NCBI GenBank assembly: GCA_963422645.2
Contig: CAXXVO010000020.1
Span: forward strand, 12,378-76,377
Source: Alphaproteobacteria bacterium
Lineage (GTDB): Bacteria > Pseudomonadota > Alphaproteobacteria > UBA828
Direction of reading: 5' to 3'
DNA: 64,000 nt
In this document: positions 1-13,466 of the stretch, piece after piece
Layout of the letters: every line of letters starts with the position of its first letter
Numbering within the stretch: position 1 is the stretch's first letter
The notes under the pieces: generated by a model
Told to the model about the DNA's origin: nothing
Seen by the model: the letters and a program-made list of their open reading frames with translations, nothing else
Databases searched by the model: none
Program-made: the position numbers and the translations under genes

Positions 1-2
1 TG

Positions 3-1139
3 CCGACCGGCCTGCGCGACCTGCTGCCGCCCGAGGCGGGCGCCGAGGCCGCGCTCGCCGAAGCGCTGCTCGCCTGCTTCGCCGCGCAAGGCTACGAGAG
101 GGTCAAGCCACCGCTCGTCGAATTCGAAGACAGCATGCTGAGCGGCGCCGGCGCCGGGCTCGCCGACCAGACCTTCCGCCTGATGGACCCGGCCTCGCAC
201 CGCATGATGGCCGTGCGCAGCGACCTCACGCCGCAGATCGCGCGCATCGCGGCCTCGCGGCTCTCGCGAAGCCCCCGGCCGCTTCGCCTGAGCTATGCCG
301 GCGAGATCCTGCGCGTGCGGGGCGGCGAGCTGCGGCCTGAGCGGCAGTTTCGCCAGGTGGGCTTCGAGCTCATCGGCATTGGCGCCGGCGCCGCTTGCGA
401 TGCTGAGGTCATCCTGCTGGCGGCCAACGCGCTGCGCGGACTGGGACTCGAAGGCGGCCTCTCCGTCGATCTCAACGCGCCGACCCTGGTGGCGTCGCTC
501 ATCGCCGAAGCCGGTCTCGACGCCGAGCGCGCCGGTCGTCTCCGCGATGCCCTCGACCGCAAGGACGCGGTGGCGGTCGGGGGGATCGGCGACGGTGTGG
601 CCGCGCAGCTGGTCCAACTGTTGCGGGCCACCGGTGCGGCCGAGACGGCAATCGAGTCGCTGGCGCAGCTCACGCTGCCCGGCGAGGCGACGACCGCGCT
701 CGCTCACCTGCTGGAGGTGGCAACGCTGCTGCGCGAGGCAGCGCCGGAACTTGCGCTCACCATCGATCCCATCGAATGGCGTGGCTTCGAATACCACACC
801 GGCACCAGCTTCAGCCTGTTCGCGGGCGGCGTGCGCACCGAGCTCGGCCGCGGCGGCCGCTATTCGGTGGGCGACGCCGGTGCGAAAGGGGAGGAGGCCG
901 CCGGCTGCACGATCTATGTCGACACGGTGCTCCGCGCCGCGCCCGCGCCGCCGGCGCCACGCCGTGTCTACCTGCCGCACGGCACGCCGCGAGCCGATGG
1001 CGCCGGACTGCGCGACGACGGCTGGGTCACGATCGCTGGCCTCGCGCCCGATGGAGACCCCGCAGCCGAGGCCGCGCGGCTCGGTTGCAGCCACCTGTGG
1101 CAGGGCGGCACCGCCAGCGCCATCGGCGGAGAGGAGTAG
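3..1139 (+). CDS. hisZ: ATP phosphoribosyltransferase regulatory subunit (5' end outside window)
   Basis: HisRS-like motifs [39 protein letters not shown]; directly upstream of purA as is usual. Confidence 0.9.
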   Translation, partial: PTGLRDLLPPEAGAEAALAEALLACFAAQGYERVKPPLVEFEDSMLSGAGAGLADQTFRLMDPASHRMMAVRSDLTPQIARIAASRLSRSPRPLRLSYAGEILRVRGGELRPERQFRQVGFELIGIGAGAACDAEVILLAANALRGLGLEGGLSVDLNAPTLVASLIAEAGLDAERAGRLRDALDRKDAVAVGGIGDGVAAQLVQLLRATGAAETAIESLAQLTLPGEATTALAHLLEVATLLREAAPELALTIDPIEWRGFEYHTGTSFSLFAGGVRTELGRGGRYSVGDAGAKGEEAAGCTIYVDTVLRAAPAPPAPRRVYLPHGTPRADGAGLRDDGWVTIAGLAPDGDPAAEAARLGCSHLWQGGTASAIGGEE

Positions 1140-1141
1140 TC

Positions 1142-2434
<1,293 letters not shown>

Positions 2435-2643
2435 GCTGCACGACCAAGGGGTCACGTGAACAGATGGAAGTCCCGCACGGGCCATCGTTAGGACTCTGAG
2501 CGCGACAAGCTACAAGTCAAAATTTGTGCGGGATTCGCCGGGAATAAGCGGGATGGGTGAGATTCCAAGTCGCTTCATGACGAGGCCCCGCACCGCGTCA
2601 CGTTGCCGAAGCGCGTGCGCCAGGATCGCTCAGGAACCGGCGG

Positions 2644-3579
2644 TTAGCTGTGCAACGTCCGGGTGGTCTCCCGCAGGATGTCCGCGAAGGTCTGGCTGAC
2701 CAGCGTCAGCTGCACGCCGCGGCGCGTCACCAACTCCATCTTCGTATTGAGGCGGTAGGTCTCGGGCAGGATGCTGTGCATGCGCCCGCTCTCCACCCAC
2801 CTTGCCGCGTAGGTGACGGGCAGATAGCCGATGTGCCAGCCCGACAGGATTAGGAACGCCACGCCTTCGATCTGGCGTGCCGCCGCGCTCGACTGCAGGT
2901 CACCGGTGAGCGGTGCGACCTGCCGCTCGGATAGATAGGCGCGGTGAGCAAGATCGGCCGTGTGCACGTCGTCGCGGTCGAGCTGGTGAGGAGCCCGGTC
3001 GAAAAGTGGGTGACCAGCACCGCAGTAGAGTTCGACCGGGTCGTCATAGAGTGCTTCGTAGATCAGGCCCGGACGGTGCTGGTGGAACACGCCGATTCCC
3101 AGATTGACCCTGTTCTCGAGGACGGCGCGCTCGATCTCGTCGGGCGCCAGAGTGTGGAAGTGAATGTGGACTTGCCGGGCCCTGCCCCTGAAGGCCCGGA
3201 GCACGTCCGCCAAAGGATAGCAACGCTCGGTGGCCCAATTGTCGATCGCGGCGATCGATAGCTCGCCAACCAGTTCGCCGCGCAGCGCGCCCACGGTAGT
3301 ACGAAAGCTCTCCAGTGCGGTCGCGAGGTGCTGGCAGGCCTCGTAGACGATCCGGCCCTTGTCTGTCAGGCGGAAGCCGGCCCGCCCCCGTTGGCAAAGG
3401 CGCATGCCGAGGCGCTTCTCCAGATCGGTGATCTGGCGGCTGATGGTCGACTGGCCGACGTTCAAAGCAACCTGCGCTGCAGCGAACCCGCCGCACTCCA
3501 CGACCGTCATGAAGACCGCGAGCATGTGGAGATCGGCCTTGTGGAGACGCGGGGTCGTGGTGGTGCCTGAGGGCATCAT
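2644..3579 (-). CDS. LysR-family transcriptional regulator
   Basis: N-terminal HTH (FAAAQVALNVGQSTISRQITDLEKRLG), 311 aa; divergent from a solute-binding gene. Confidence 0.92.
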   Translation of the reverse strand: MMPSGTTTTPRLHKADLHMLAVFMTVVECGGFAAAQVALNVGQSTISRQITDLEKRLGMRLCQRGRAGFRLTDKGRIVYEACQHLATALESFRTTVGALRGELVGELSIAAIDNWATERCYPLADVLRAFRGRARQVHIHFHTLAPDEIERAVLENRVNLGIGVFHQHRPGLIYEALYDDPVELYCGAGHPLFDRAPHQLDRDDVHTADLAHRAYLSERQVAPLTGDLQSSAAARQIEGVAFLILSGWHIGYLPVTYAARWVESGRMHSILPETYRLNTKMELVTRRGVQLTLVSQTFADILRETTRTLHS

Positions 3580-3833
3580 GTTTGCCTATATCTGCATATT
3601 AACATTCTATGAATGATGTTTTTTCTATCTGAAAGCAACCCTACCATACAAGCAATAACGAAGGGATCGCGGCGGAGGCGACACCATGCCTCAAGGCAAC
3701 GCGGGTCGAGGCGGCGAGCGACGATGTGCCCGAACGCGATCGGCGTGAGGTTCGGGGCGCGCTGGTAGAGAGCCGCGGGGCGCGCCGTGGCGGCGGACGG
3801 TGGCTCTAACCTGATGAACCGAAGGAGAAGACG

Positions 3834-4006
3834 ATGAAGACAATCAAGTGGCGCCGTAGCTTGTATGCGGCCCTGCTTCTCATCGGCATTTCGCCCGTCA
3901 TCGGCACGACTTCAGCTCAGACTGCCGATGTCGTCGTCGGCGTTCCCAACTGGCCGTCAGCAGTGGCCACGGCGAACATCCTCAAAGTGGTGCTGGAGGA
4001 CAACCT
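3834..4006 (+). pseudogene. glycine betaine/ProX-type ABC substrate-binding protein, 5' fragment
   Basis: signal peptide, then VVVGVPNWPSAVATANILKVVLEDNL; AGGAG RBS; cut by an ISX end at 4007. Confidence 0.7.
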
Positions 4007-4094
4007 CAGACTTCCTGACCTCTGCTGATTTTAGGTGACACGAGCCGCGCGGATTCCGAGGCCCCGTCGATGTCGTAGACTATGCGCAGACGGG
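4007..4094 (-). repeat. ISX right-end fragment (88 bp), inverted
   Basis: reverse complement of the last 88 bp of the ISX copies, including TIR CAGACTTCCTGACCTC. Confidence 0.93.
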
Positions 4095-4296
4095 TGTCAA
4101 TCGGCTTTCAATACTGACCCCCGATCGGCGTGCAAAATTGACCCCCCTGAGTGGCACGGCGGAGGTTGTCCCGGTAGCCAATAGGGGGGACCCGCGCGGC
4201 TTCGTGTGGCGCCCTGCGCTACGCGGAGCGAAGCCGCGTGGGGGGTCCCTGTTGGCCCACCGGGGCAACCGGGCCGCAAGGGAGGCCGGCGGCGGG

Positions 4297-5025
4297 TCAG
4301 GAGCGGTTCTTGAAGCGCCAGCTCTCGTTGCCGGTCTCGATGATCTCGCAATGATGGGTGAGGCGATCGAGCAGCGCTGTGGTCATCTTGGGGTCGCCGA
4401 AGACGGATGGCCATTCGCCGAAGGCGAGGTTTGTGGTGATGACGATCGAGGTGCGCTCGTAGAGCCGGCTCATCAGATGGAAGAGCAGCTGCCCACCGGC
4501 CTGGGCGAAGGGCAGGTAGCCGAGCTCGTCGAGGATGACGAAGTCGCGGCGGACGAGCTGGTCTGCAGTGCGGCCCTGGCGTCCGGCGCGAAGCTCGGCC
4601 TCGAGGAGGTTGACCAGGTCGACGACGTTGTAGCACCGGCCGCGCGCGCCCTTGCGGATGCAGGACCGCGCGATGGCGACGGCGAGATGGGTCTTGCCGG
4701 TACCGGTGCCGCCGACCAGCACGATGTTGCGTTTGCCCTCGAGGAAGCCGCCGCCGGCGAGCTCCTGGATCAGGGGCTCGTTGACCGGCGAGGCGGCGAA
4801 GTCGAAGTCGGCCAGCTCCTTGACCGTCGGCAGCTTGGCGGAGGCCATCTGGTACTTGATCGAGCGGGCCCTCTTGTCGGCGATCTCGACCTGCAGCAGC
4901 GTACCGATGATCTGTTGCACCGGATGGCGGCGCTTGAGCCCGTCGGCAAGGATGTCGTCGTAAGCGGCGCGCATACCTGCGAGCTTCAGCTGGGTCATCA
5001 TCTCCAGCACATCATGACGCTCCAT
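4297..5025 (-). CDS. istB: IS21 helper ATPase
   Basis: GGTGTGKT Walker A, ILDELGY Walker [10 protein letters not shown]. Confidence 0.96.
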   Translation of the reverse strand: MERHDVLEMMTQLKLAGMRAAYDDILADGLKRRHPVQQIIGTLLQVEIADKRARSIKYQMASAKLPTVKELADFDFAASPVNEPLIQELAGGGFLEGKRNIVLVGGTGTGKTHLAVAIARSCIRKGARGRCYNVVDLVNLLEAELRAGRQGRTADQLVRRDFVILDELGYLPFAQAGGQLLFHLMSRLYERTSIVITTNLAFGEWPSVFGDPKMTTALLDRLTHHCEIIETGNESWRFKNRS

Positions 5026-6526
5026 GACCGGCCTCCCTCAGGCTGTCGTAGCGCTGACAGTCGGCTACCGGCTTGTGGCGAAGCTGCAGGCCCTCGGGCG
5101 TCGGGATGATTGCCGGCGGTGCCGGCTGGCGCTGCCGGGCGAGGATGTTGAGCACCACGTCGGCGCTGCAGGCACCGCAGTCGAGCGTCTCGGCACAGGC
5201 CGCCTCAACCGCCTCCAGTCCGTCCTCCAGCACCGCCGCGAGCACCTTGACGAACTGCCGGTCGCCGTCGTCGTGGCCCGCGAGCCGGGTTCGCAGGCGG
5301 CCGAGCGCGTTGGGCAACTGCCAGTCCTTGAAGGGCGCGCCATTGCGTAGCGCGCCGGGCTTCCGCGTCAGGATCGGCACGTAATGCCACGGATCGTAGA
5401 CGAACCGGCCGCGCCCGAAGCTGCGGGGGTGCTCGGCAACGGTCTCGCCGTCCTGGCGGATGACGATCCGATCGGCATAGGCCCGCACGTCCACCGGCCG
5501 GCCGACGGCGCGGGCCGCGACGCTGTACTGGTTGTTGTCGAAGCGCACCAGACAGGTCTTCGAGACCGACACCTCGCTGGCATGGAAGCCGTCGAAGGGG
5601 CCGCGATACGCCATCAGGAAGGGCTGCTCCTCCTCGAACACCTGCCACACCGTCTTGCCCGGGATTGTCGGATGCGGATGCTTCTTGGCGTCCTCGATGC
5701 ACCGATCCATCAGCCACTCGTTGATCTCGGCGTAGGAGCGGCCCCGCGGGATGGGCACGAACAGGCGGCCGCGAAGGTCACCCACCTGCTTCTCGACCTG
5801 CCCCTTCTCCCAGCCAGCCCCTGGCGTGCACGCCACAGGCTCCACCAGATGGTGCGAGCACAGCTCCTGGAAGCGGCGGTTGTAGTCCCGCTTCTTGCCC
5901 ACGAAGATCGTGCTCACCGCCGTCTTCATGTTGTCGTAGATGCCCCGCCGGCAGACCCCGCCGAAGAAGCGGAAGGCACGCTCGTGCGCCTCGAAGACCA
6001 TCTCCTGGCTCTCGCGGGGAAAGATCTGGACCAGATACATCCGGCTGTGGCACAGCCGCATGTGCGCCGCCTTCACCCTGGTCGTCGCGCCCGACAGACG
6101 CGCGTACTCGTGGCTCCAGTCGAACTGGTAGGCCTCGCCGGGATCGAAGATCAGCGGCACATAGGCCTGCGCCGGCGACAACAGCCGCCACCGGCGCCGC
6201 CAGGCCCTGGCATAGCGGCGAACCGCGTCATAGCCGCCCTTGTAGCCCAGCGACACAAGGTCTTCATGAATCCGCAGAAGAGACAGCCGATCCTTGCGTG
6301 CCTTCTTCTCGTTGGCCTTCAGCTGGCGCTCAAGCTCCTCCACCCACAGCCCAAGCTTCGGCATCGGCTGGATCTTGCGCTCGTAGCTGTGCGAGGTCGC
6401 ATCGCCCCGCACCACCTTGCGTATCGTGTTCTTGGAAACCCTCAAATCCCGGGCGAGCTTCTTGATCGGAACGCCCTTCACCAGATGATCCCGACGGATC
6501 TTCGCGATCGTTTCCACAACCAGCAT
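5012..6526 (-). CDS. istA: IS21 DDE transposase
   Basis: N-terminal [26 protein letters not shown]; overlaps istB. Confidence 0.95.
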   Translation of the reverse strand: MLVVETIAKIRRDHLVKGVPIKKLARDLRVSKNTIRKVVRGDATSHSYERKIQPMPKLGLWVEELERQLKANEKKARKDRLSLLRIHEDLVSLGYKGGYDAVRRYARAWRRRWRLLSPAQAYVPLIFDPGEAYQFDWSHEYARLSGATTRVKAAHMRLCHSRMYLVQIFPRESQEMVFEAHERAFRFFGGVCRRGIYDNMKTAVSTIFVGKKRDYNRRFQELCSHHLVEPVACTPGAGWEKGQVEKQVGDLRGRLFVPIPRGRSYAEINEWLMDRCIEDAKKHPHPTIPGKTVWQVFEEEQPFLMAYRGPFDGFHASEVSVSKTCLVRFDNNQYSVAARAVGRPVDVRAYADRIVIRQDGETVAEHPRSFGRGRFVYDPWHYVPILTRKPGALRNGAPFKDWQLPNALGRLRTRLAGHDDGDRQFVKVLAAVLEDGLEAVEAACAETLDCGACSADVVLNILARQRQPAPPAIIPTPEGLQLRHKPVADCQRYDSLREAGHGAS

Positions 6527-6645
6527 CTCCCCCACCACCCCGTCCGTCCAAACGACGAGGTGTGTTCATGGACACAAATCCAAGGGGGTCAATTTTGGAC
6601 GCCGATCACCCCCAATAGGGGGTCACTTTTCCACGCTTAACAACA

Positions 6646-6733
6646 CCCGTCTGCGCATAGTCTACGACATCGACGGGGCCTCGGAATCCGCGCGGCTCGT
6701 GTCACCTAAAATCAGCAGAGGTCAGGAAGTCTG
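6646..6733 (+). repeat. ISX right-end fragment (88 bp)
   Basis: matches the last 88 bp of ISX; exact inverted partner of 4007-4094. Confidence 0.93.
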
Positions 6734-7223
6734 AGAATTGGCCTATGTCGGGGTAAATGTCGTCGCTGAGTACCGACTTGGCACGGTGGGCCAGGAATGC
6801 GCTGGGCGCGGGAATGCACATCTTCGGGTTGTGGCGGACATGCGCCTTCAGGAACCTGAAATGCTCGACCATCGGATGTTCGGCGCCATAGGCGAGGCGG
6901 GCGGTCGGCCTGTGCGCCATCGCCGGATGCTTGGTGCCCTTGAAGCGCTGCACGCCGGGCGTTTCGAAGGTTTCCACGTTCTCGAAGGACCGGAAGAAAT
7001 CCCGGCTCCAGAACTTTCGACGGAATTCGCCGTCGGTGATCGATTTCAGTCCGATTGATTCCTGTTTGTCGATGACGCGCAGGATCTCGCGGTCCTCGAT
7101 CTCCTTGAGTTGCTCGGCGGAAAGTTCGCCGCTTTCAAACTTGGCGCGCGCCGAATTGACGGCTTCCGGGCGCAGCAGGCTACCCACATGATCGGCTCGG
7201 CACGGCGGCACCCTGCGTGTCAT
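6734..7223 (-). pseudogene. cobalamin-independent methionine synthase-like protein, 5' fragment
   Basis: RADHVGSLLRP and ITDGEFRR motifs; truncated by an ISX end. Confidence 0.82.
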
Positions 7224-7479
7224 GGATGTAACCTCCTCGAACGGGCATTCAGGACGAACTAAAGGAAAATTGGAATTCGCGCCCAGGCTCCATCGCCGCT
7301 AACGCCAGTACACCGCATTACCCCCGATAACCGTTATCGCCGTCAAGAAGGGCCATCAATGGCCTGTCCGATTTGGTGGAGGCTTAACAACGGCTGCGAT
7401 CATGAAGCTCCCGCCGCGCCGTCGGTAGGATGGACCGGGAGCGAAAAGTGGAAAATCGCTCCGAAAAATGTGGCAAACT

Positions 7480-9994
7480 CAGACTTCCTGACCTCGTGAT
7501 GCTGGCTGTTCTGGGCAGCGTGCCGGGAACTCCTTGAATTCTGATACATTTCGGTTGTTTCAGGCGGTTTTTCGCTGGGTGTCGCGCCCGAGGTCTGATA
7601 TTATAATTTGATACCAATTGCACGGTCTCAACCATGCCCAGTACCCTCCCAATGTGCCCTCCAGAGGCGGTCTCGATCGGCAACAGCTGCTTCGCCGTCC
7701 TGATCTCGGACGACACCTTCACCTACTTTTCCAACCTCATTCCCTTTGACAGCCACGCCGCCGATGACCGCACGGCCATGCTCTTGCGGATCGGCCGCCT
7801 CGCGGCGATCAGCGCGGTCTCGCCGCAGGAACTGGCTGACGCTTTCGCTGTCTCGCGCGCGACGGTGCAGCGCGCACGACGGCGCTACCTGGCCGAGGGC
7901 GAAGCGGGGTTCATGAAGCCCCGGCGCGGTCGCGGGCCGTCGGTGTTCACTCCGGAGTTGGCGGAGAAGGCGACGGCGTTGCTGGCATCGGGCCTGAGCG
8001 GCTCTGCGGCGGCCCGGGTTCTCGGCGTGTCAGCGCCATCGGTCAACAAGTGGCGCCGTCAGGGACTGATCGGCAACACGGAGGCGGATGGGGAGCCCGG
8101 ACGCTCAGCGCTGGCTGCGCCGCCTGACGCGGGTGCGGCTCCTGAAGGCCGTGTCGATGAAGAGAGTACCGGTGCCCCGGGGCCGGAGACGGCGCCGGGG
8201 CTGGAAGCGCAGCCGCAAACGGATCGCAGCGCGCGCGATCGGCGGGACCGGCAGGCGCCGATGGGGCGTGCGACTTGCGATGTTCCGGCTCGGGTTCTGG
8301 CCAGTTGTGGACAGGCGGGGCCGGTCGAACCGCAGTTCGCCGCCGCCGCCCGCGGTGTCCGCTTCGGCGGCGTGCTCGCCGCCCTGCCGGCCCTGCTGAA
8401 GGAAGGTCTTCTCTCCGAGACCGGTCTCCTGCCATTGCTGCCGAAGGGCTATTACGGCTTGCCTACGATCCTGCTCTTCCTGGCCTTCATGACCTTGGCG
8501 CGGGTGCGCAACCCCGAGAGCCTGCGCTACCAGGCGCCGGGCGAATGGGGCGCCATTCTCGGCCTCGATCGCTGCCCCGAGGTCAAGACGCTGCGCCGCA
8601 AGATCGCTCTCATCGCCGACGACGAGGCCGGCGTGCGGGCGTGGCAGCTCGCCCTTGCCAGGCGCTGGCAGGCGCCGACGAGCCGGAGCTCTGGGCGACG
8701 CTGGCCATCGACGGGCACGTCAAGGTCTACTCCGGCCGCAAGGGGCGCTTGCCCAAGCACTTCGTCTCGCGCGAGAAGCTGTGCCTGCCGGCGAGCGCCA
8801 GCTACTGGATCAACGCTCTGGGCGGCAAGCCGCTGCTCTGTCTGCACAAGCCGCTGGACCCGAAGATGGTCGCGGCCATCGAAGCCGACGTGGTGCCGGC
8901 GCTGCAGGAGCTTGGGATCGTTGGCGCCGGGGCGCCGGACCTGACCGCCGAGCATCCCGGCCAGCCGGCGCTCACCCTGGTCTTCGACCGCGAGGGCTGG
9001 AGCCCGGATCTGTTCCGCCGGCTGGCGAGGCGCGGCGTCGCCTGCCTGACCTGGCACAAGAACTTCAGGGGCGAGGACTGGCCGGCCGAGGACTTCGGCG
9101 CGATGACCGTTCCCATTCACGGACCGGCGGCGGACGGCAGCGCCACCATGCGGCTGGCTGAGAAGCCGGTGACGTTGCCGAACGGCTTCAGGGTGCGCCA
9201 GATCCGCCGCCTGCTCGACAACGGCCGTCAGGTGCCGCTGATCACCACCGATCCGCACAAGCCGATGGCTGAGGTTGCGGGCGCCATGTTCTCGCGCTGG
9301 TCGCAGGAGAACTTCTTCAAGTACATGCGTGACGAGTTCAATCTCGACGCCCTGCCGACCCACGAGCTCGAGCCTCTCGATCCCGCCGCCATGGTCGTCA
9401 ACCCGCTGCGGCGGGCCTATGACAAGGCAATCCATCGCCTCGACCGCCAGCTTGGCCGCCTGCGCAACCGCATCGCCGACACGGCCCGGAAGAAGCAGCC
9501 GACGGCGGAACTCAGGAGGGAAGTCAGGGACCTCCAGGATGTCCGCGACATCGTCAGGGCCAGCCGCAGGGAGACGCCCAAGCACTGCCGGGCCGGCGCG
9601 ACCTCGACGAAGCCGAGCAGCTCGATGCCTTGCCCGCGCGCGAGCGCCTCCTCCTCGACGTCATCCGGATGATCGCCTACCGCGCCGAAACCCGCATGAT
9701 GCTTCCCGTCATGCAGGCGCAGGGCCACAAGCCCCATCCCCGGAAACTGCTTCAAGCGCTGCTCACCGCCGATGCCGACATCCTGCCGGATCCTGGCAAT
9801 GGCCTCCTGCGGGTCCACATTCTTGGCCTCGCAAACGACGCCTGCGACCGTTGGATCGATGCGGTTCTGAGCGACCTGAACGCCACCGAAACGGTCTTCC
9901 CCGGCACCCGTCTGCGCATAGTCTATGACATCGACGGGGCCTCGGAATCCGCGCGGCTCGTGTCACCTAAAATCAGCAGAGGTCAGGAAGTCTG
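7480..9994 (+). mobile_element. ISX copy 1 (unassigned DDE IS)
   Basis: 16-bp TIR CAGACTTCCTGACCTC; transposase from 7634 with frameshifts near 8673 and 9598. Confidence 0.92.
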
Positions 9995-10294
9995 AGTCTA
10001 CGTGGTACGGAGCGGTCCCGGATCGTATGGGGCCGTTTCCGGCCGTTCGATTTTGGCGCACATTTTGCGGCTGCTCCGAGTGGCCGACTAGCCCACTCCC
10101 CACATCTTGCTGGCCGGCGGTCGCGCACGTCACCCCAAACGCCCAAGCCAACATTTGGCCACCGCTTCGGCGCAAGTGGATGATTGGATGTGGAAAATTT
10201 CAATTGTCCACTCTGCCACGCGAGGTGGCAAGAGTGCCATGACCGCGCGCTGGGTGCGCCGGGTACCACCTGCGGGCACCACATTGGATATTTC

Positions 10295-10732
10295 GTAACT
10301 GCCCAGGTACCCCCTCTCTCTTATGGAACAAGCCAGTTCCTTTTGCGTCAACGCCCCCACGCCGCGGGGGTGCCTACTCTCTTGAGCGCGAGAGGATGAT
10401 GAACGCCGCGTCGCGAACAAGATGAGAGGACAGCGATACTCAGGATGAGCCGGAGAAGTTCAGGAGCGCAGTATAGGGATCAGCTGCATCGGTTCCGGGT
10501 GCGCCAGGATTTGCAGGATGTTCCAGCCTTGCTTTCGAGCGGTGACGATGACGCTGCGCATTCCGGCGAAGTTGCAGGCGCCTTGCAGGGAGCGGAAGCC
10601 GCCTGAGATCTTCTCATGCACTTTGTTCATACGGATGTCACGCTCCGCCTCGTTATTCGTGAACGGCGTGCGCAGGTCGGTGAGGAAGCGCAGGCAGCCC
10701 TCCTTATGCTTTTGAAGGCGGCGCGCGAGGTT
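10295..10732 (-). mobile_element. IS66-A 3' remnant
   Basis: reverse complement of about 44337-44774, including IR GTAACTGCCCAGGT; cut by ISX copy 2. Confidence 0.9.
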
Positions 10733-13245
10733 CAGACTTCCTGACCTCGTGATGCTGGCTGTTCTGGGCAGCGTGCCGGGAACTCCTTGAATTCTGATAC
10801 ATTTCGGTTGTTTCAGGCGGTTTTTCGCTGGGTGTCGCGCCCGAGGTCTGATATTATAATTTGATACCAATTGCACGGTCTCAACCATGCCCAGTACCCT
10901 CCCAATGTGCCCTCCAGAGGCGGTCTCGATCGGCAACAGCTGCTTCGCCGTCCTGATCTCGGACGACACCTTCACCTACTTTTCCAACCTCATTCCCTTT
11001 GACAGCCACGCCGCCGATGACCGCACGGCCATGCTCTTGCGGATCGGCCGCCTCGCGGCGATCAGCGCGGTCTCGCCGCAGGAACTGGCTGACGCTTTCG
11101 CTGTCTCGCGCGCGACGGTGCAGCGCGCACGACGGCGCTACCTGGCCGAGGGCGAAGCGGGGTTCATGAAGCCCCGGCGCGGTCGCGGGCCGTCGGTGTT
11201 CACTCCGGAGTTGGCGGAGAAGGCGACGGCGTTGCTGGCATCGGGCCTGAGCGGCTCTGCGGCGGCCCGGGTTCTCGGCGTGTCAGCGCCATCGGTCAAC
11301 AAGTGGCGCCGTCAGGGACTGATCGGCAACACGGAGGCGGATGGGGAGCCCGGACGCTCAGCGCTGGCTGCGCCGCCTGACGCGGGTGCGGCTCCTGAAG
11401 GCCGTGTCGATGAAGAGAGTACCGGTGCCCCGGGGCCGGAGACGGCGCCGGGGCTGGAAGCGCAGCCGCAAACGGATCGCAGCGCGCGCGATCGGCGGGA
11501 CCGGCAGGCGCCGATGGGGCGTGCGACTTGCGATGTTCCGGCTCGGGTTCTGGCCAGTTGTGGACAGGCGGGGCCGGTCGAACCGCAGTTCGCCGCCGCC
11601 GCCCGCGGTGTCCGCTTCGGCGGCGTGCTCGCCGCCCTGCCGGCCCTGCTGAAGGAAGGTCTTCTCTCCGAGACCGGTCTCCTGCCATTGCTGCCGAAGG
11701 GCTATTACGGCTTGCCTACGATCCTGCTCTTCCTGGCCTTCATGACCTTGGCGCGGGTGCGCAACCCCGAGAGCCTGCGCTACCAGGCGCCGGGCGAATG
11801 GGGCGCCATTCTCGGCCTCGATCGCTGCCCCGAGGTCAAGACGCTGCGCCGCAAGATCGCTCTCATCGCCGACGACGAGGCCGGCGTGCGGGCGTGGCAG
11901 CTCGCCCTTGCCAGGCGCTGGCAGGCGCCGACGAGCCGGAGCTCTGGGCGACGCTGGCCATCGACGGGCACGTCAAGGTCTACTCCGGCCGCAAGGGGCG
12001 CTTGCCCAAGCACTTCGTCTCGCGCGAGAAGCTGTGCCTGCCGGCACGCGCCAGCTACTGGATCAACGCTCTGGGCGGCAAGCCGCTGCTCTGTCTGCAC
12101 AAGCCGCTGGACCCGAAGATGGTCGCGGCCATCGAAGCCGACGTGGTGCCGGCGCTGCAGGAGCTTGGGATCGTTGGCGCCGGGGCGCCGGACCTGACCG
12201 CCGAGCATCCCGGCCAGCCGGCGCTCACCCTGGTCTTCGACCGCGAGGGCTGGAGCCCGGATCTGTTCCGCCGGCTGGCGAGGCGCGGCGTCGCCTGCCT
12301 GACCTGGCACAAGAACTTCAGGGGCGAGGACTGGCCGGCCGAGGACTTCGGCGCGATGACCGTTCCCATTCACGGACCGGCGGCGGACGGCAGCGCCACC
12401 ATGCGGCTGGCTGAGAAGCCGGTGACGTTGCCGAACGGCTTCAGGGTGCGCCAGATCCGCCGCCTGCTCGACAACGGCCGTCAGGTGCCGCTGATCACCA
12501 CCGATCCGCACAAGCCGATGGCTGAGGTTGCGGGCGCCATGTTCTCGCGCTGGTCGCAGGAGAACTTCTTCAAGTACATGCGTGACGAGTTCAATCTCGA
12601 CGCCCTGCCGACCCACGAGCTCGAGCCTCTCGATCCCGCCGCCATGGTCGTCAACCCGCTGCGGCGGGCCTATGACAAGGCAATCCATCGCCTCGACCGC
12701 CAGCTTGGCCGCCTGCGCAACCGCATCGCCGACACGGCCCGGAAGAAGCAGCCGACGGCGGAACTCAGGAGGGAAGTCAGGGACCTCCAGGATGTCCGCG
12801 ACATCGTCAGGGCCAGCCGCAGGGAGACGCCCAAGCACTGCCGGGCCGGCGACCTCGACGAAGCCGAGCAGCTCGATGCCTTGCCCGCGCGCGAGCGCCT
12901 CCTCCTCGACGTCATCCGGATGATCGCCTACCGCGCCGAAACCCGCATGATGATTCCCGTCATGCAGGCGCAGGGCCACAAGCCCCATCCCCGGAAACTG
13001 CTTCAAGCGCTGCTCACCGCCGATGCCGACATCCTGCCGGATCCTGGCAATGGCCTCCTGCGGGTCCACATTCTTGGCCTCGCAAACGACGCCTGCGACC
13101 GTTGGATCGATGCGGTTCTGAGCGACCTGAACGCCACCGAAACGGTCTTCCCCGGCACCCGTCTGCGCATAGTCTACGACATCGACGGGGCCTCGGAATC
13201 CGCGCGGCTCGTGTCACCTAAAATCAGCAGAGGTCAGGAAGTCTG
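10733..13245 (+). mobile_element. ISX copy 2
   Basis: same TIRs; transposase 10887-13246 with one frameshift near 11926. Confidence 0.93.
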
Positions 13246-13295
13246 AAACTAGGGCAATAGTGCTTGCAAATAATCGGCTAAGTCGTTGAAAGGAA

Positions 13296-13371
<76 letters not shown>

Positions 13372-13466
13372 CCAAATTCCCTGGCGCGCCGCGCGGCGGG
13401 TGATTCCTGGGCATTCCGCCGCCCACGACGCATGTGGCGCAACAATTAGCGACGACCTGCCGTGGG

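Larger units (their letters stand above)
4095..6645 (-). mobile_element. IS21-family insertion sequence
   Basis: TG..CA ends, repeated subterminal TGACCCCC motifs at both ends, istA-istB pair. Confidence 0.93.

Noticed and set aside
7374-7381. TGGTGGAG matching the tRNA-Ala 3' end as a possible att site
   Set aside because: Only 8 bp and no integrase in this region
7634-9995. ISX as a two-ORF element with a programmed frameshift
   Set aside because: No slippery motif, and the required shift differs between copies
9995-10294. Possible gene or ncRNA in the composite cargo
   Set aside because: No convincing ORF or structure recognised by eye
4002-10732. AACCT at 4002 is the reverse complement of AGGTT at 10728, suggesting one split insertion
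   Set aside because: The flanks belong to different genes (ProX-like versus IS66); chance match is likely under ANNNT
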